A DNA stretch of 64,000 nucleotides from a candidate division FCPU426 bacterium (GTDB lineage: Bacteria; Oederibacteriota; Muellerivitia; Muellerivitales; Muellerivitaceae), in contig CAVTWJ010000023.1 in the NCBI GenBank assembly GCA_963738405.1, positions 352,001 through 416,000 of the forward strand, written 5' to 3'. Position 1 is the first letter of the stretch. Every line of letters begins with the position of its first letter. The notes beneath the pieces were generated by a model. That model saw only the letters and a list, made by a program, of their open reading frames with translations, had not been told where the DNA came from and ran no database searches. The position numbers and the translations under genes were made by a program. Below are positions 1 to 10,373 of this stretch, in pieces.

Positions 1-2
1 TA

Positions 3-461
3 TTGCCTGATTGGGCCTATGCCGACCATTGGAAGCCCGTGGGAAGGCTGGATTTGGATTCCAAGGGCCTGCTTCTTTTCACAAAGAACGACAAGCTGGC
101 AGATAAGATCACGACGCCGGGCGGCTGCTTGAAAACTTATGAAGTCATGGTGCGTGGCATCGTGACCCCCGAGCACCTGAAGATGGCTTTAAAAGGCGTG
201 GAAAATTCGGGCGAAATCCTAAAGGTATTCCAGGTTCGAATCATTGGCGGGGGCGGGGCGAAAACAAAACTGGAAGTGGTGTTGGACGAGGGCAAGAACA
301 GGCACATCCGCAGACTTTTCGGAACCATGAAAGACCCGAAGTTTAAGACCGCCTTGAAGGTTTTGGATTTGAAGCGGGTACAAATTGGTGGATTGCATTT
401 GGATGTGGAATCAGGCAAGTGGCGGTTTCTAACGTCGGATGATGAGTTGTTGTTGGTTTAG
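3..461 (+). CDS. rRNA pseudouridine synthase, RsuA/RluB/E/F family (5' partial)
   Basis: VGRLDLDSKGLLL catalytic motif, EGKNRHIRR motif, C-terminal GKWRFLT; frame open to window edge. Confidence 0.9.
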   Translation: MPDWAYADHWKPVGRLDLDSKGLLLFTKNDKLADKITTPGGCLKTYEVMVRGIVTPEHLKMALKGVENSGEILKVFQVRIIGGGGAKTKLEVVLDEGKNRHIRRLFGTMKDPKFKTALKVLDLKRVQIGGLHLDVESGKWRFLTSDDELLLV

Positions 462-494
462 ATCCTCAAAAAAGATTCTAATAAATATTCCCGT

Positions 495-2219
495 TTAGCT
501 TGGTCCCGACATGAATATTTTGGTATGGGTGTCCTGGCATAGGCTCTTGCCGTTGCCCCGCAGGAATATCCACAGTTCATAATCGCCCCTTTTCACGGAC
601 CCGTTCAAAATAAGAGCGTAAAAACCTGATAGATCTAAATCTCCATGGTAATGCTGGCTGACGTCATGCCTCTTCTCCGGAAAAGAGTTGAATACATAGG
701 TCTCCTGTTTTGATCGCAAGACGACGTATTTTTCCACTGACGGGCCATCTTGTGGCGTCATGAAAGACCATCCTTGAACTTCCAAGAAATCCTTCCCGGC
801 CTTTAACGAACTCAAGGTGAAAAAGCCCCCCCCTTCGTGAGTATCGCCCATCGAAAAGCTTTGGGGCATTGAAAAATAATCCCCCATCCGTTCGTTCTTC
901 ACCGCTTCGCCAAGGTCATAGATTCCAGCCTGTTTGGCCGTTCCCAAAATGTCCGCCTTATTTTTGGGGTAACCGAACTCCAATTCTTCGTCTTTATTTT
1001 CCCCTAGGGATCTGTTTTGCACATAGAGCATCACCGGAACAAGCAGGCTCCTTATCCTCAAGTTCTGTTGAGGCTCCGCGACCTGGAAAGACATCCCATC
1101 CATTAGGGCAAGCAAAACGACCGTCAAGGTTAAAGCCTTTTTATCTTTTAGTATCCCCAGGTCCAAGAGGGACACGTATACGCAAGCCAATAAAACCGCG
1201 GAATTAACGGCGTAACGACTGGTAAGCACATAGGGGAGGCCGTAACTGAATCGGGTCAGGGCAGCCATGATTCCATCGGAAATCATGAAACACATGAAAT
1301 AGTAAATAATCGGGTTGGTCCGATAGTAACTTCGGGCCGTTAGGAAAAGGAAATAGACGAATAGGACCACTCCTACCACGAGACTCAGCGATATCATCAA
1401 GGATGGTGGAATTCTACCGTCGAAAGGAAGAATGGCGTCGTTGCCCAGGAACGCGAAGGTAAATGCGGCCATTTCCAGTGGGTGAAAAATGGCGGATAGG
1501 GCACTGGGATGAAAGGTAGGTTCCACGTAACCCCGGAAATAAAGCAATTCCGTTCCCAAAAAAGCGAGAGACAAAACCCCCAGGGACACCCTTTTCCCCC
1601 GGAGGCCGAAAATTAAAATCGCAATCGGAAATGCCGCCATCCCTCCTCCTAAGGAGAAGGTCGCTGCCACCGAAAACAAGGCCGTTTGGAAAGATTTGTC
1701 TTTCGCCAAAAAATACATAGCTAAAAGGCCAAAAAGGATTACCCAGAGGGTGGTATAAACGGCCGATACCCAATAGATGTCTTCCCAGTAATCGTAGGCA
1801 AAGAAAATTAATGCCAATGGAACCAAGGCAAATGCCGACGGAAAAGGAAACTTCGACTCAGGCCCGGAGGCCTTCCCGGCTTCGGGCCATACAATAGACT
1901 TGGCAAAAAGAAAGAAAAGACCTAAGTAGCCCAAGTCACCAATAAAGGTCAGCATGGTGAAATCCACTTTTTTGCCCAAAAACCAATCGAGCCATGAAAC
2001 GATCCGGATGAAGACCGGTCGATGTTCGTTTTGCTGGGCGAAAAAAAGGTTCCAATCCAGGCGGGATTTCATGAACCGGTTCAAGAAATCTAGTACCAGG
2101 GCATAATCATCCATGTTAGGAATGTTAGGGGTCCAAAGGAAAACTGTTCGATAAAAATAGGCGATGACCAGAATGATGAAAAGTGAAGAAATACCATTCT
2201 CTATTTTTTCAATTTTCAC
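495..2219 (-). CDS. Polytopic membrane protein, putative GT-C-type glycosyltransferase or glycan-modifying protein
   Basis: Many TM segments, N-terminal DDY and QNEHR loop motifs, SRY motif, soluble C-terminal domain; AT-richer than neighbours. Confidence 0.5.
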   Translation of the reverse strand: MKIEKIENGISSLFIILVIAYFYRTVFLWTPNIPNMDDYALVLDFLNRFMKSRLDWNLFFAQQNEHRPVFIRIVSWLDWFLGKKVDFTMLTFIGDLGYLGLFFLFAKSIVWPEAGKASGPESKFPFPSAFALVPLALIFFAYDYWEDIYWVSAVYTTLWVILFGLLAMYFLAKDKSFQTALFSVAATFSLGGGMAAFPIAILIFGLRGKRVSLGVLSLAFLGTELLYFRGYVEPTFHPSALSAIFHPLEMAAFTFAFLGNDAILPFDGRIPPSLMISLSLVVGVVLFVYFLFLTARSYYRTNPIIYYFMCFMISDGIMAALTRFSYGLPYVLTSRYAVNSAVLLACVYVSLLDLGILKDKKALTLTVVLLALMDGMSFQVAEPQQNLRIRSLLVPVMLYVQNRSLGENKDEELEFGYPKNKADILGTAKQAGIYDLGEAVKNERMGDYFSMPQSFSMGDTHEGGGFFTLSSLKAGKDFLEVQGWSFMTPQDGPSVEKYVVLRSKQETYVFNSFPEKRHDVSQHYHGDLDLSGFYALILNGSVKRGDYELWIFLRGNGKSLCQDTHTKIFMSGPS

Positions 2220-2400
2220 CTTGGCACATTCCCAAATGTTTTATTTCGATTTTCATAACACTTTAACTATCACGCCTCATCCATCGAACAACAAACTACG
2301 GGCTCGAGAATCCAATAAAAACTAGAATTGAAGAACATTGGCATCGACGGTTTGAATTTGGATCTACAGATAACAAATTGTTTTGGGTCCAACTGAAGGC

Positions 2401-3444
2401 TTAGTGACTTTCTTCCATTAACCGTTTCACTTCCTCCACTACTTCATCTACCTTGATATCGGCCATGCAAAAATACCCATCCGTCCTGGTGCATTCGTAG
2501 GCCTTGCAGGGGGAACAATCGGGATGGCGGGTTAGGACCTTCACATGGGGCCCCCAGGGCCGCCACACGGCTGATTCGTTGGCGGCCGAGAAGAGGCTCA
2601 CAATCGGAACACCCATAGCGGCCGCCACGTGGGTGGCGCCCGAGTCGCATCCTATAAAAACCTTGCAGTGCTGAACCAGGGCCGCCATTTGGTTTAAATC
2701 CAGCTTGCCCGTCAGGTTGACCACCGGGCATTCCAGGCCGTCCACGACCTCATGGGCGGAAGACTGGTCCTGTTCCCCGCCTAGAACGAGGATGTCTGCC
2801 TGGGTGGCGGCGTGCAGTTCAAAAATCAAAGCCGAAAAGCTTTCTTCCGGCCAGCGTTTGGAAGGCATGGCCGCCCCCAGGTGAATGGCGATTCGTGCGA
2901 TACCCGGCAAAAGTTCCTGGGCAGGCAGGTGGTTTTCGGCGGTCTTTTTGTCCCTTTCGGTTACCCACATCTCCAGACGTCGCTCTTGAAGAGGAACCCC
3001 CATGTGCTGAAGCACCAAAAGATTGCGGTCCACCTGATGCGTATCAGGAGCGGGTTGGGGAACCTTTTCGGTCAGGAACATGCTTTCCATTCCCATTTGA
3101 AAACCCACACGGCGCTTGGCGCCGGATAAGCCGGTCACCAGAACGTCGAAGCGGCTTTGGTAGCGGAAATTTATGATCAAATCGATTTGAAGGTTCCGTA
3201 AGAAGAGGATGAGTTGAAGTGCGGATTTCCAACGGGCCATGGGTTGGGCCCCAGGCTTGAGCCAGAGAGCGTCATAGATGATGACCTCATCAAAATAGGG
3301 GCAGGCTTTGGCCAGAGAGGCCACCTCGGAGGAAACGATGACTGAAATTCGGTCCTTGGAATAGTTTTGGCGGATGGCCCGATAGGAGGGCGTGCCAAGA
3401 ACAAAATCACCAATACGGTCGAGCCTTAATAGGACAATTTCCAT
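2401..3444 (-). CDS. Glycosyltransferase family 9 (ADP-heptose:LPS heptosyltransferase-like)
   Basis: RLDRIGDFVL, KRWP, CDSGATHVAAA motifs. Confidence 0.88.
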   Translation of the reverse strand: MEIVLLRLDRIGDFVLGTPSYRAIRQNYSKDRISVIVSSEVASLAKACPYFDEVIIYDALWLKPGAQPMARWKSALQLILFLRNLQIDLIINFRYQSRFDVLVTGLSGAKRRVGFQMGMESMFLTEKVPQPAPDTHQVDRNLLVLQHMGVPLQERRLEMWVTERDKKTAENHLPAQELLPGIARIAIHLGAAMPSKRWPEESFSALIFELHAATQADILVLGGEQDQSSAHEVVDGLECPVVNLTGKLDLNQMAALVQHCKVFIGCDSGATHVAAAMGVPIVSLFSAANESAVWRPWGPHVKVLTRHPDCSPCKAYECTRTDGYFCMADIKVDEVVEEVKRLMEESH

Positions 3445-3486
3445 GATTCGTTATCTTACCAGAAGGTTTTTGATAGAAAGAAAGTT

Positions 3487-6387
3487 CTACTTAAGTACCA
3501 GCACCTTCACTGTTCTATGGATTTTGGAGCCCGAAAGGCCGTCCGTAGCCTCTTCCACCGCCAAATAAAGGCCCGAAGCCACCGATTGGCCGGGCAAATT
3601 GGTTAAATCCCAAGTGGTTTGGCTGTTTTGCCAGGGCAGGGTTTTAACCAGTTCGCCGGTGATCGTAAAGATTCTCAAGGGATCGTCTCCGGGCCCGGCG
3701 GGCGCATTTTGAATTTGGGACCGGAAAGTCACTAAGGTTCCATCCACCGCGATATTGGGCGAGGCCGAAAGCTGAATCGGAGTTTGGTAGTGGGTGGGGT
3801 TGATATAGACATCTTTCGAAACCATCGAGGCGTTGAGCGGAGCAGGGTTTTGGATCACCTCAATCTGGTAGAGGCCATTGGTGACGAGCTTGCCTTGCTG
3901 ATCGTTGGAATCCCAAACCACCACCACCTCTCCATTCACCAAGATGGGGAGCAACCCGCCTGATCCATTGGAAACCGGCTGGTAGGCGCCAAATGACAGT
4001 TCGAGAGACTTGTTCGCAGGGAAGGCACCGGTTCCACACAATTGGCGGACCAATTCCCCACGGTCGTCAAAGATGTTGACGGTTTCCCTGGAACAATCGG
4101 GAAGAGGGGTGGAAGTAACCGCAGGTGAGCCGGTGGGCGTGGGGCTTGGGGTGTTAGTGGGGCTGGGAGTAAGTGTGGGGATTTGAGTAACCGTCGGCGT
4201 GGATGATGGGGTCATCGTCCAAGTGGGTGTGCCTGGAATATTAGTTGAGGTCTGGGTGGGCGTTGGTGTGTTTGTCCCGGACGAGGTGGGTGTTTGCGTT
4301 GCGGTGGATGTGGTCGTATTCGTGTTGGTCGCTGTCGGGGTTGCGCTATTCACAAAAGTGGCCGTCGAGGTAGGCGAAGAGGTGGTGGTGGCCGTGGAAG
4401 TGACAGTCGACGTTTGGGTCGGAGTGGCCGTGAGGGTATCGGTTCCGGTGACCGTAGCGGTTGCGGTTGGAGAAAAGGTCTGTGACGAAGTCATGGTTTG
4501 AGTCGGTGTGAAAGTTTGCGAAAAGGTCGAGGTTGAAGTCGGCGTGAAAGTTAAAGTTTGCGTTTGGGAAGCGGTCGGGGTTTGGGTCGGCGTGAAGGTC
4601 ATGGTCTCCGTGGAAGTAATGGTGAAGGTGTCGATTGGTGTTTGAGTCACAGTGGAAGTCTGGGTTTGAGTGAAAGTTTCAATCGAAGTCGGGGTACGGG
4701 TAGGTGTTTGGGTTTGGGTGAAAGTCAGCGTGGAAGTGGAGGTGAATGTTGGGGTTGGGGTTTGCGTTTGCGTAAAGGTTGTTGTTTCGGTGGGGCTATC
4801 GGTTTGCGTATCCGTGAGCGTCTGAGTCTGGGTAAAGGTCGCAGTCGATGAAGGCGAAGAGGTGGGGGAAACCGTAGGCGTCGTCGAATCCGTTGATGTT
4901 TCCGTAAAGGTTGTAGTTACAGTAGGCGTATCGGTAGGTGTTGGAGTTGCGGTCAAGGTCGAGGTTTGCGTGGCGGTGGGTGTTTGGGTTGGGCTGAAAG
5001 TAGGCGTCTGCGTTTGGGTAAAAGTGAGCGTAGAGGTCGTTGTGGATGTTTGGGTAGGGGTTTGAGTAAAAGTTAATGTGGCCGTAGGTGTTTGGGTCTG
5101 GGTAAAAGTTTGTGTAATAGTCGCAGTGGCGGTTGGGGTGAAGGTTAGGGTTTGGGTCTGCGTAATGGTTGGGGAGAAAGTCCAAGTGGGGGTGGAGGTC
5201 GCCGCCGTTGTATAGGCAGGCGTGGGTGAAAGAGTGGGAGTGTGAGAAGGGGTCAGCGAGGGAGTAACCGTTAGAGTGTTGGTACTGGTCGGTGTGGGAC
5301 TGCAGGCCGCGAGGATCACGGAAACCGCGTTGGAGATAACGCTGTTTAAGGGCGTGCCGCCGTCCAACTCGCCTGTATTAACCAGCGTCAAACCGCAATT
5401 GTTGATGGTGCCCACCACCGTCATGGCGCCTGCGGCCCCGGAGGCCAGGTTGCCCAGCGGCCAAACGACCTGTTGGCCCGTCACCGTGGGCGCCCCGCTG
5501 GCGGAAGCATAGGCCAGCCCGGCAGGCAGGGTATCCGTAAGGGTGACGTTATAGGCCTGGGGATATTTCACAATATAAACATTGTCAAAATCGATCGTAC
5601 TGCCGTTGTTGGATTGAAGCCCTCCCTGCCCGGTCGTAATCACAAAAGGTGTCGTTCCCGAAACGGCCAGGGTTCCGTTGATCCACAATTTCATGGTTAC
5701 CGAGACGGGGTTGGTGCTGGTGGTGGTCACCTCGAACTTCGCGGTGAACCAACTACTGGCGGTAATGACGGCGCTTCCGGTCGCCACCGTAGTAAAAGTG
5801 GAGGTGGTGTTATTCCAATAATTCACCGACACATTATTGGTGGTGCCGGTTCCGATCAGGGCCTGGTAGTTGGAGCCGTTCACCACACCGGTGCCGTTGA
5901 AACGGAAAAGAAGAACCCCCTGGGTTCCGCCCGTGATGTCCATGTCGGTTTGGAGAAAGCCGTCCCCCACCTGGGTCCCGCAATTGTTAAGGAGATGGGG
6001 GAAATTTCCAGCTGCGGAGATGCCTTGAAGGGCCTGGGTTCCCGCAGCGGTGGGGCCGTTGCCCGTCACCACGCTCCAGGTCCCGCCCGAACTGACCCAG
6101 CCGGAAGGAAAGGCCCCCAGGGTGTCCGCCTCAAAGGTATCCGAACAGGTCACGCTGGAACTGGTGTTGGTATAGGAAAGAACATAGGTCACGGGGTTTC
6201 CGGGGGACACACTGCCAACGAGGGACGACTTGGTGAGGGAGATTTGGGCACAAAGGATTACCGGGCACAAAAAAGAAACCCATAAAGCTAGGACCATCAC
6301 CCGGTTTAAGCGGACGGCTCTCATGTGTAGGAATTGGAAGGGCATTTGTAAATAAACCAGCAAGGGTCTCTTCAAAGACCCCCTCAT
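3487..6387 (-). CDS. Secreted protein: DUF11-like and ConA/lectin-like domains, long Thr/Pro stalk, FlgD-Ig/T9SS-like C-terminal domain
   Basis: Signal-like N-terminus, LTKS...VTYVL and VTLTDTLPAG (DUF11-like), ~400-aa T/P tract, WD...VASGLY...KVLVLK end; true start may be a few codons downstream. Confidence 0.7.
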   Translation of the reverse strand: MRGSLKRPLLVYLQMPFQFLHMRAVRLNRVMVLALWVSFLCPVILCAQISLTKSSLVGSVSPGNPVTYVLSYTNTSSSVTCSDTFEADTLGAFPSGWVSSGGTWSVVTGNGPTAAGTQALQGISAAGNFPHLLNNCGTQVGDGFLQTDMDITGGTQGVLLFRFNGTGVVNGSNYQALIGTGTTNNVSVNYWNNTTSTFTTVATGSAVITASSWFTAKFEVTTTSTNPVSVTMKLWINGTLAVSGTTPFVITTGQGGLQSNNGSTIDFDNVYIVKYPQAYNVTLTDTLPAGLAYASASGAPTVTGQQVVWPLGNLASGAAGAMTVVGTINNCGLTLVNTGELDGGTPLNSVISNAVSVILAACSPTPTSTNTLTVTPSLTPSHTPTLSPTPAYTTAATSTPTWTFSPTITQTQTLTFTPTATATITQTFTQTQTPTATLTFTQTPTQTSTTTSTLTFTQTQTPTFSPTQTPTATQTSTLTATPTPTDTPTVTTTFTETSTDSTTPTVSPTSSPSSTATFTQTQTLTDTQTDSPTETTTFTQTQTPTPTFTSTSTLTFTQTQTPTRTPTSIETFTQTQTSTVTQTPIDTFTITSTETMTFTPTQTPTASQTQTLTFTPTSTSTFSQTFTPTQTMTSSQTFSPTATATVTGTDTLTATPTQTSTVTSTATTTSSPTSTATFVNSATPTATNTNTTTSTATQTPTSSGTNTPTPTQTSTNIPGTPTWTMTPSSTPTVTQIPTLTPSPTNTPSPTPTGSPAVTSTPLPDCSRETVNIFDDRGELVRQLCGTGAFPANKSLELSFGAYQPVSNGSGGLLPILVNGEVVVVWDSNDQQGKLVTNGLYQIEVIQNPAPLNASMVSKDVYINPTHYQTPIQLSASPNIAVDGTLVTFRSQIQNAPAGPGDDPLRIFTITGELVKTLPWQNSQTTWDLTNLPGQSVASGLYLAVEEATDGLSGSKIHRTVKVLVLK

Positions 6388-6584
6388 CGCTCCGATCCAA
6401 ATTCTCCTTTCGGTTCAAAATAAATAGAGTGGCGAAATTATACCCTTTATTGGATATCAAATTAAAAGGTGGGGCTGTTATGTGCTGGAGAACACAATAT
6501 ATGGTGGGCTAGAAGGCGCTTACGGCCATAAAGGGCTCTTGGTCTTTTCAAACTTGAAAACCAAGGGCCCCCGGGAAAAACTGG

Positions 6585-7154
6585 TCAGAATTTAACTTGG
6601 GGAACTTCCTTTTCGGCTTCTGCGGTCTTCAAGAACTCACGGGACGTGAACCCGAAAGGACCCGCCACCAGGTTGGAGGGAAACTGTTGGATCAAGGCGT
6701 TGAAATTTGCCACCGCGTCGTTGTAACGGCCGCGCACGACGGCGATTTGGTTTTCGGTTGAAGAAAGCTCCTGCTGGAGGTTCATGGCGTTCTCGTTGGA
6801 TTTCAGGGCGGGATAATTTTCCCAAACGGCCATCAGGCGGCCGAGCCCCGATGTGAGGTCATTTTCCGCCTTGAGGCGGTCTGCCATGTTGGAAGCCCCC
6901 ATGGCGCCGGCCCGGGCCTGTACGATCTGGGTGAGGGTGTTTTTCTCGAAATCCATGATGCCCTTCACCGTTTCCACCAGATTGGGAATCAGGTCGTGCC
7001 GTCTTTTAAGTTGGACGTCGATCTGGGCCCAGGAATTGTCCACTTCCACCCGGGACCGAACCATCGTGTTATAGAGGGAAACGAGATAAAGGGTGAACCC
7101 GCCCAGAACCACAATCAACCCGACCAATAAAATCAAAGCCAGCGAGGCGATCAT
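6585..7154 (-). CDS. lemA: LemA family protein
   Basis: IDVQLKRRHDLIPNLVETVKG, YPALKSNE, FPSNLVA; ATG 7154 preceded by GGGAGG. Confidence 0.93.
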   Translation of the reverse strand: MIASLALILLVGLIVVLGGFTLYLVSLYNTMVRSRVEVDNSWAQIDVQLKRRHDLIPNLVETVKGIMDFEKNTLTQIVQARAGAMGASNMADRLKAENDLTSGLGRLMAVWENYPALKSNENAMNLQQELSSTENQIAVVRGRYNDAVANFNALIQQFPSNLVAGPFGFTSREFLKTAEAEKEVPQVKF

Positions 7155-7281
7155 AAAATCCTCCCGAATCCGGATGACGTCTGGAACAAGTACAAGTATA
7201 GGATCGCCGGGGGTGTTGGGACAGCCGGTATTTATCGGGAGATTCAAGGTTTACGGCCCTGTTACCCAATCCCCTTTATTC

Positions 7282-7310
7282 TTGACATGGTTAATGGCCT
7301 TGGTTACTCT
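7282..7310 (+). promoter_or_regulatory. Sigma70-type promoter for dksA/traR gene
   Basis: TTGACA (7282-7287), 17 nt, TACTCT (7305-7310). Confidence 0.6.
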
Positions 7311-7372
7311 TTGGCCCTTAAATTCAACGCCCTGCCGCCCGCCGAACTAATGACCAGCCTTGGAGGAACCCG

Positions 7373-7861
7373 ATGGCCTCTAAAAAGAAAAAAGACAAAC
7401 ACAAAAAAGCCCCCAAAAAATCCGCCGCCAAGAAACCCAAGCCTAAGGCCGTGAAGGCCTCCAAAAAAGTCGTGGTGAAGGCCGTGCCCGTCCGGAAGAA
7501 AATCCGGATCAGCCCGGTTTTCCAGCCCCTGCTCAAGAAACTTCAGGAACGTCGCAACGAAATCACCGGCCAGGTCAACCACCTGGAAATGGACCTGCGC
7601 GAGGAAATCGCCGACAACCAAAACATGCCGGGCGACATGGCTGATCATGGATCGGGCGAGTTGAACCAGCACCTCTCGGTCACCTTGATGGAAAACGACC
7701 GTATTGAGCTAGAGCGCATCGAAAAGGCCATCCACCACATGCAGGAAGGCATCTACGGCAAATGTGAAGTCTGCGAAAAGGTGATCCCCATGCCCCGCTT
7801 GAAGGCCATTCCCTGGGCCACCCGGTGCATCAATTGCCAAAGCCGTTTCGAGGGCGCCTAA
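7373..7861 (+). CDS. TraR/DksA C4 zinc-finger protein with Lys-rich N-terminus
   Basis: GDMAD coiled-coil tip, YGKCEVC...RLKAIPWATRCINC; GGAGG RBS. Confidence 0.9.
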   Translation: MASKKKKDKHKKAPKKSAAKKPKPKAVKASKKVVVKAVPVRKKIRISPVFQPLLKKLQERRNEITGQVNHLEMDLREEIADNQNMPGDMADHGSGELNQHLSVTLMENDRIELERIEKAIHHMQEGIYGKCEVCEKVIPMPRLKAIPWATRCINCQSRFEGA

Positions 7862-7938
7862 ATCCGCTTTCGTTTTAAAAAAAGTTTTTTCCCGCTAAAA
7901 TCCCTTTTTATTCCCCTCACCTTGCCTAAGGGGCGTCA

Positions 7939-7967
7939 TTGACGCCCCCCATTCAGGCCGATAGCAT
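7939..7967 (+). promoter_or_regulatory. Sigma70-type promoter, probably leaderless, for NHL gene
   Basis: TTGACG, 17 nt, TAGCAT, then 6 nt to ATG 7974; no SD. Confidence 0.5.
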
Positions 7968-7973
7968 GGATTC

Positions 7974-9179
7974 ATGAGATCGCGCCTCCTCCTGATGATT
8001 TTCTTGATGGCCCCCTCTTTATTTTTTTCTTTTTTCTCTCCCGGCCCCCTTTGGGCCAAGCGACATTCGGGAAAAACCAGCCTGACCCCCACGCTGGTGG
8101 ATTCACCCACAATTACCTGCACCCCCTCCGCCACCCCCGTTCCACTGCCCTCCTCCTGGACCGGCAAAAAGCTCTACACCTTTGACGCCCTGTGGGGTTC
8201 CAAGGGCACGGGCTTGGGCGAACTGAACGCGCCGGAAGGAATCGCCATGGGACCTTCGGACAACCTTTACATCTGCGATACCGCCAACAACCGCATGGTC
8301 ATTTGGAACAGCGATGGAATTCCCCAGCGCGCGGTGGGGTCCTTCGGCACCTCGGCGACCTGGCGCAACGCCCCCGAATTCAACCACCCTGCGGGCATCC
8401 TGGTTCTTCCCAACGGCCAATATTACGTGGCCGACACCCTCAACCACCGCATCGTGGTGGTGGACGGCAACGACCAGGTTTTGTCCAGCTGGGGAAGCCA
8501 GGGAAACGCCAACGGGCAGTTCGATCAGCCCCGGGACATCGAAAGGGATCATTTCGGAAATATTTGGGTCTTGGATTCGGGGAACTCCCGCTTCGAGAAT
8601 TTCAGCAACGCGGGCGTTTTTAATTTTGCCTGGGCCTCCTACGGCACCCAGAACGGCCAATTGAACCTTCCCCTGGCCTTCGCTTTAAACAACATCGACC
8701 AGGCCATCGTGGCCGATACAGGCAATTTCCGCATCCAGGTCTTCAACGATCAATCCGCCGCGGCCACCAACCTGGCCCCTGTGACTGTGGAAGGCTGGTT
8801 CGGCGACGGTCCCTTCCAGTTCAAGGAGCCCGCGGGGGTTTGCATCAACAAGGAAGGCAAGATCGCCGTGGTGGACGGGCTGACGGGGAGGGTGGAGTTT
8901 TTCAACAACCGGTTTGAATTTCTGGGCGAATGGCGGGCCAAGGACGATATCTTAACCCCCGGTTATGCTCCCCGTTACCGTGGCATCGCCTGCGACTCGC
9001 AGGACCGCCTCTATATTACCGATATGCAGGGAAACAGCGTGGTGCGTTTGAAACCCATCAAAGCTCCCTCCGTGGAAAGCCTGACCCCCACCCCCTCGCA
9101 CAGCGAACAGGACCTGGTCACTCCCACACCGACCCCGGATGATTCCCAACCCTACGGCGGGGGCTATCCCATCCGTTAA
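7974..9179 (+). CDS. Secreted NHL-repeat beta-propeller protein
   Basis: Signal peptide; repeated G.G.F..P.GI....YVADT.N.RI units; short PT linkers. Confidence 0.85.
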   Translation: MRSRLLLMIFLMAPSLFFSFFSPGPLWAKRHSGKTSLTPTLVDSPTITCTPSATPVPLPSSWTGKKLYTFDALWGSKGTGLGELNAPEGIAMGPSDNLYICDTANNRMVIWNSDGIPQRAVGSFGTSATWRNAPEFNHPAGILVLPNGQYYVADTLNHRIVVVDGNDQVLSSWGSQGNANGQFDQPRDIERDHFGNIWVLDSGNSRFENFSNAGVFNFAWASYGTQNGQLNLPLAFALNNIDQAIVADTGNFRIQVFNDQSAAATNLAPVTVEGWFGDGPFQFKEPAGVCINKEGKIAVVDGLTGRVEFFNNRFEFLGEWRAKDDILTPGYAPRYRGIACDSQDRLYITDMQGNSVVRLKPIKAPSVESLTPTPSHSEQDLVTPTPTPDDSQPYGGGYPIR

Positions 9180-9269
9180 GTTTCCGGACCTTTTTCAAGT
9201 GGAGGGCCCTCCTCCCCTGTGTTAAACTCCCTCTCCGTTGGTCCAAATCCACTCTGAAAAAATAAGGGC

Positions 9270-10253
9270 ATGAACAAAACCATTTCCATCGTCACCGGCG
9301 GGGCCGGGTTTGTCGGGTCCCACCTTTGCGACTTCCTCATCGCCCAGGGCCACCACGTGGTTTGCGTGGACAACCTGATTACCGGCAAGATGGAAAACAT
9401 CGCCCACCTGAAGCGCCATCCGCAGTTCCGCTTCGTCAAGCGCGACGTCATCAAGCGTCTTCCACGTTTCCTCAGCAACATCACCCGGGGCTTTCCTCGG
9501 TTCTTCCCTAAGGCCGACTACGTGTTCCACCTGGCCTCCCCCGCTTCCCCGGTGGGCTACATGAAAAACTCCATCCAGACCATCCTGGTTAATTCCATGG
9601 GCAGCCTCCAGCTTCTGGAATACTGCCGCAAGCGAAAGACCAAGTTCTTGTTCGCCTCTACTTCGGAAGTTTACGGAAACCCCAGCGTCCATCCCCAGGT
9701 GGAAACCTACTGGGGCAACGTCAATTCTTTCGGCCCGCGTTCCTGCTACGACGAAAGCAAGCGCCTCGGCGAGGCCATCATTTATGAGTACATCCACAAG
9801 TTCGACGTAGACGCCCGCATCATCCGCATCTTCAACACCTACGGCCCCCGGCTGAACGAAAACGACGGGCGGGTGGTTTCCAACATGATCACCCAGGCCC
9901 TGGCCGGGGAGTCCTTGACCCTCTATGGGGATGGGTCCCAAACCCGCAGTTTCTGCTACGTCTCCGATTTGGTGCGGGGCATTTGGGCCGCAATTTCCAC
10001 GCCCGGAACCAAGGGTGAAATTTTCAATCTAGGAAATCCCCAAGAAACCAGCATTAAGGAATTCGCCCATACGGTCCTTGGCCTTTGCGGGTCCAAGGGG
10101 GCGAAATTGGTGCAAAAACCCCTGCCCCAGGACGACCCTATTCGGCGTAAACCCAATATCGCCAAAGCCTTAAAGACACTTAAATGGAAACCCGTGGTTT
10201 CCTTAAAAGAAGGCCTGGGTTACACCATTGATTATTACCGCGGTAGAATATAG
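9270..10253 (+). CDS. UDP-glucuronate decarboxylase-like extended SDR
   Basis: GGAGFVGSHL, HLASPASP, STSEVYG, RSCYDESKR, RIFNTYGP, QTRSFCYV. Confidence 0.9.
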   Translation: MNKTISIVTGGAGFVGSHLCDFLIAQGHHVVCVDNLITGKMENIAHLKRHPQFRFVKRDVIKRLPRFLSNITRGFPRFFPKADYVFHLASPASPVGYMKNSIQTILVNSMGSLQLLEYCRKRKTKFLFASTSEVYGNPSVHPQVETYWGNVNSFGPRSCYDESKRLGEAIIYEYIHKFDVDARIIRIFNTYGPRLNENDGRVVSNMITQALAGESLTLYGDGSQTRSFCYVSDLVRGIWAAISTPGTKGEIFNLGNPQETSIKEFAHTVLGLCGSKGAKLVQKPLPQDDPIRRKPNIAKALKTLKWKPVVSLKEGLGYTIDYYRGRI

Positions 10254-10373
10254 TCTTAGCAGGCTTCACCCATTGAAAAATGTAATAACAGAAGCGCGCT
10301 AACCCCAATATCGGTTTTTGATCTTGGGGTAAAACAATAGACCAAATAGGCCAATTCCCAACCTGAGGTTTAC

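Noticed and set aside
10254..10373. Cobalamin riboswitch upstream of B12 radical SAM gene
   Set aside because: Region is short and lacks the B12 box; only one simple hairpin.
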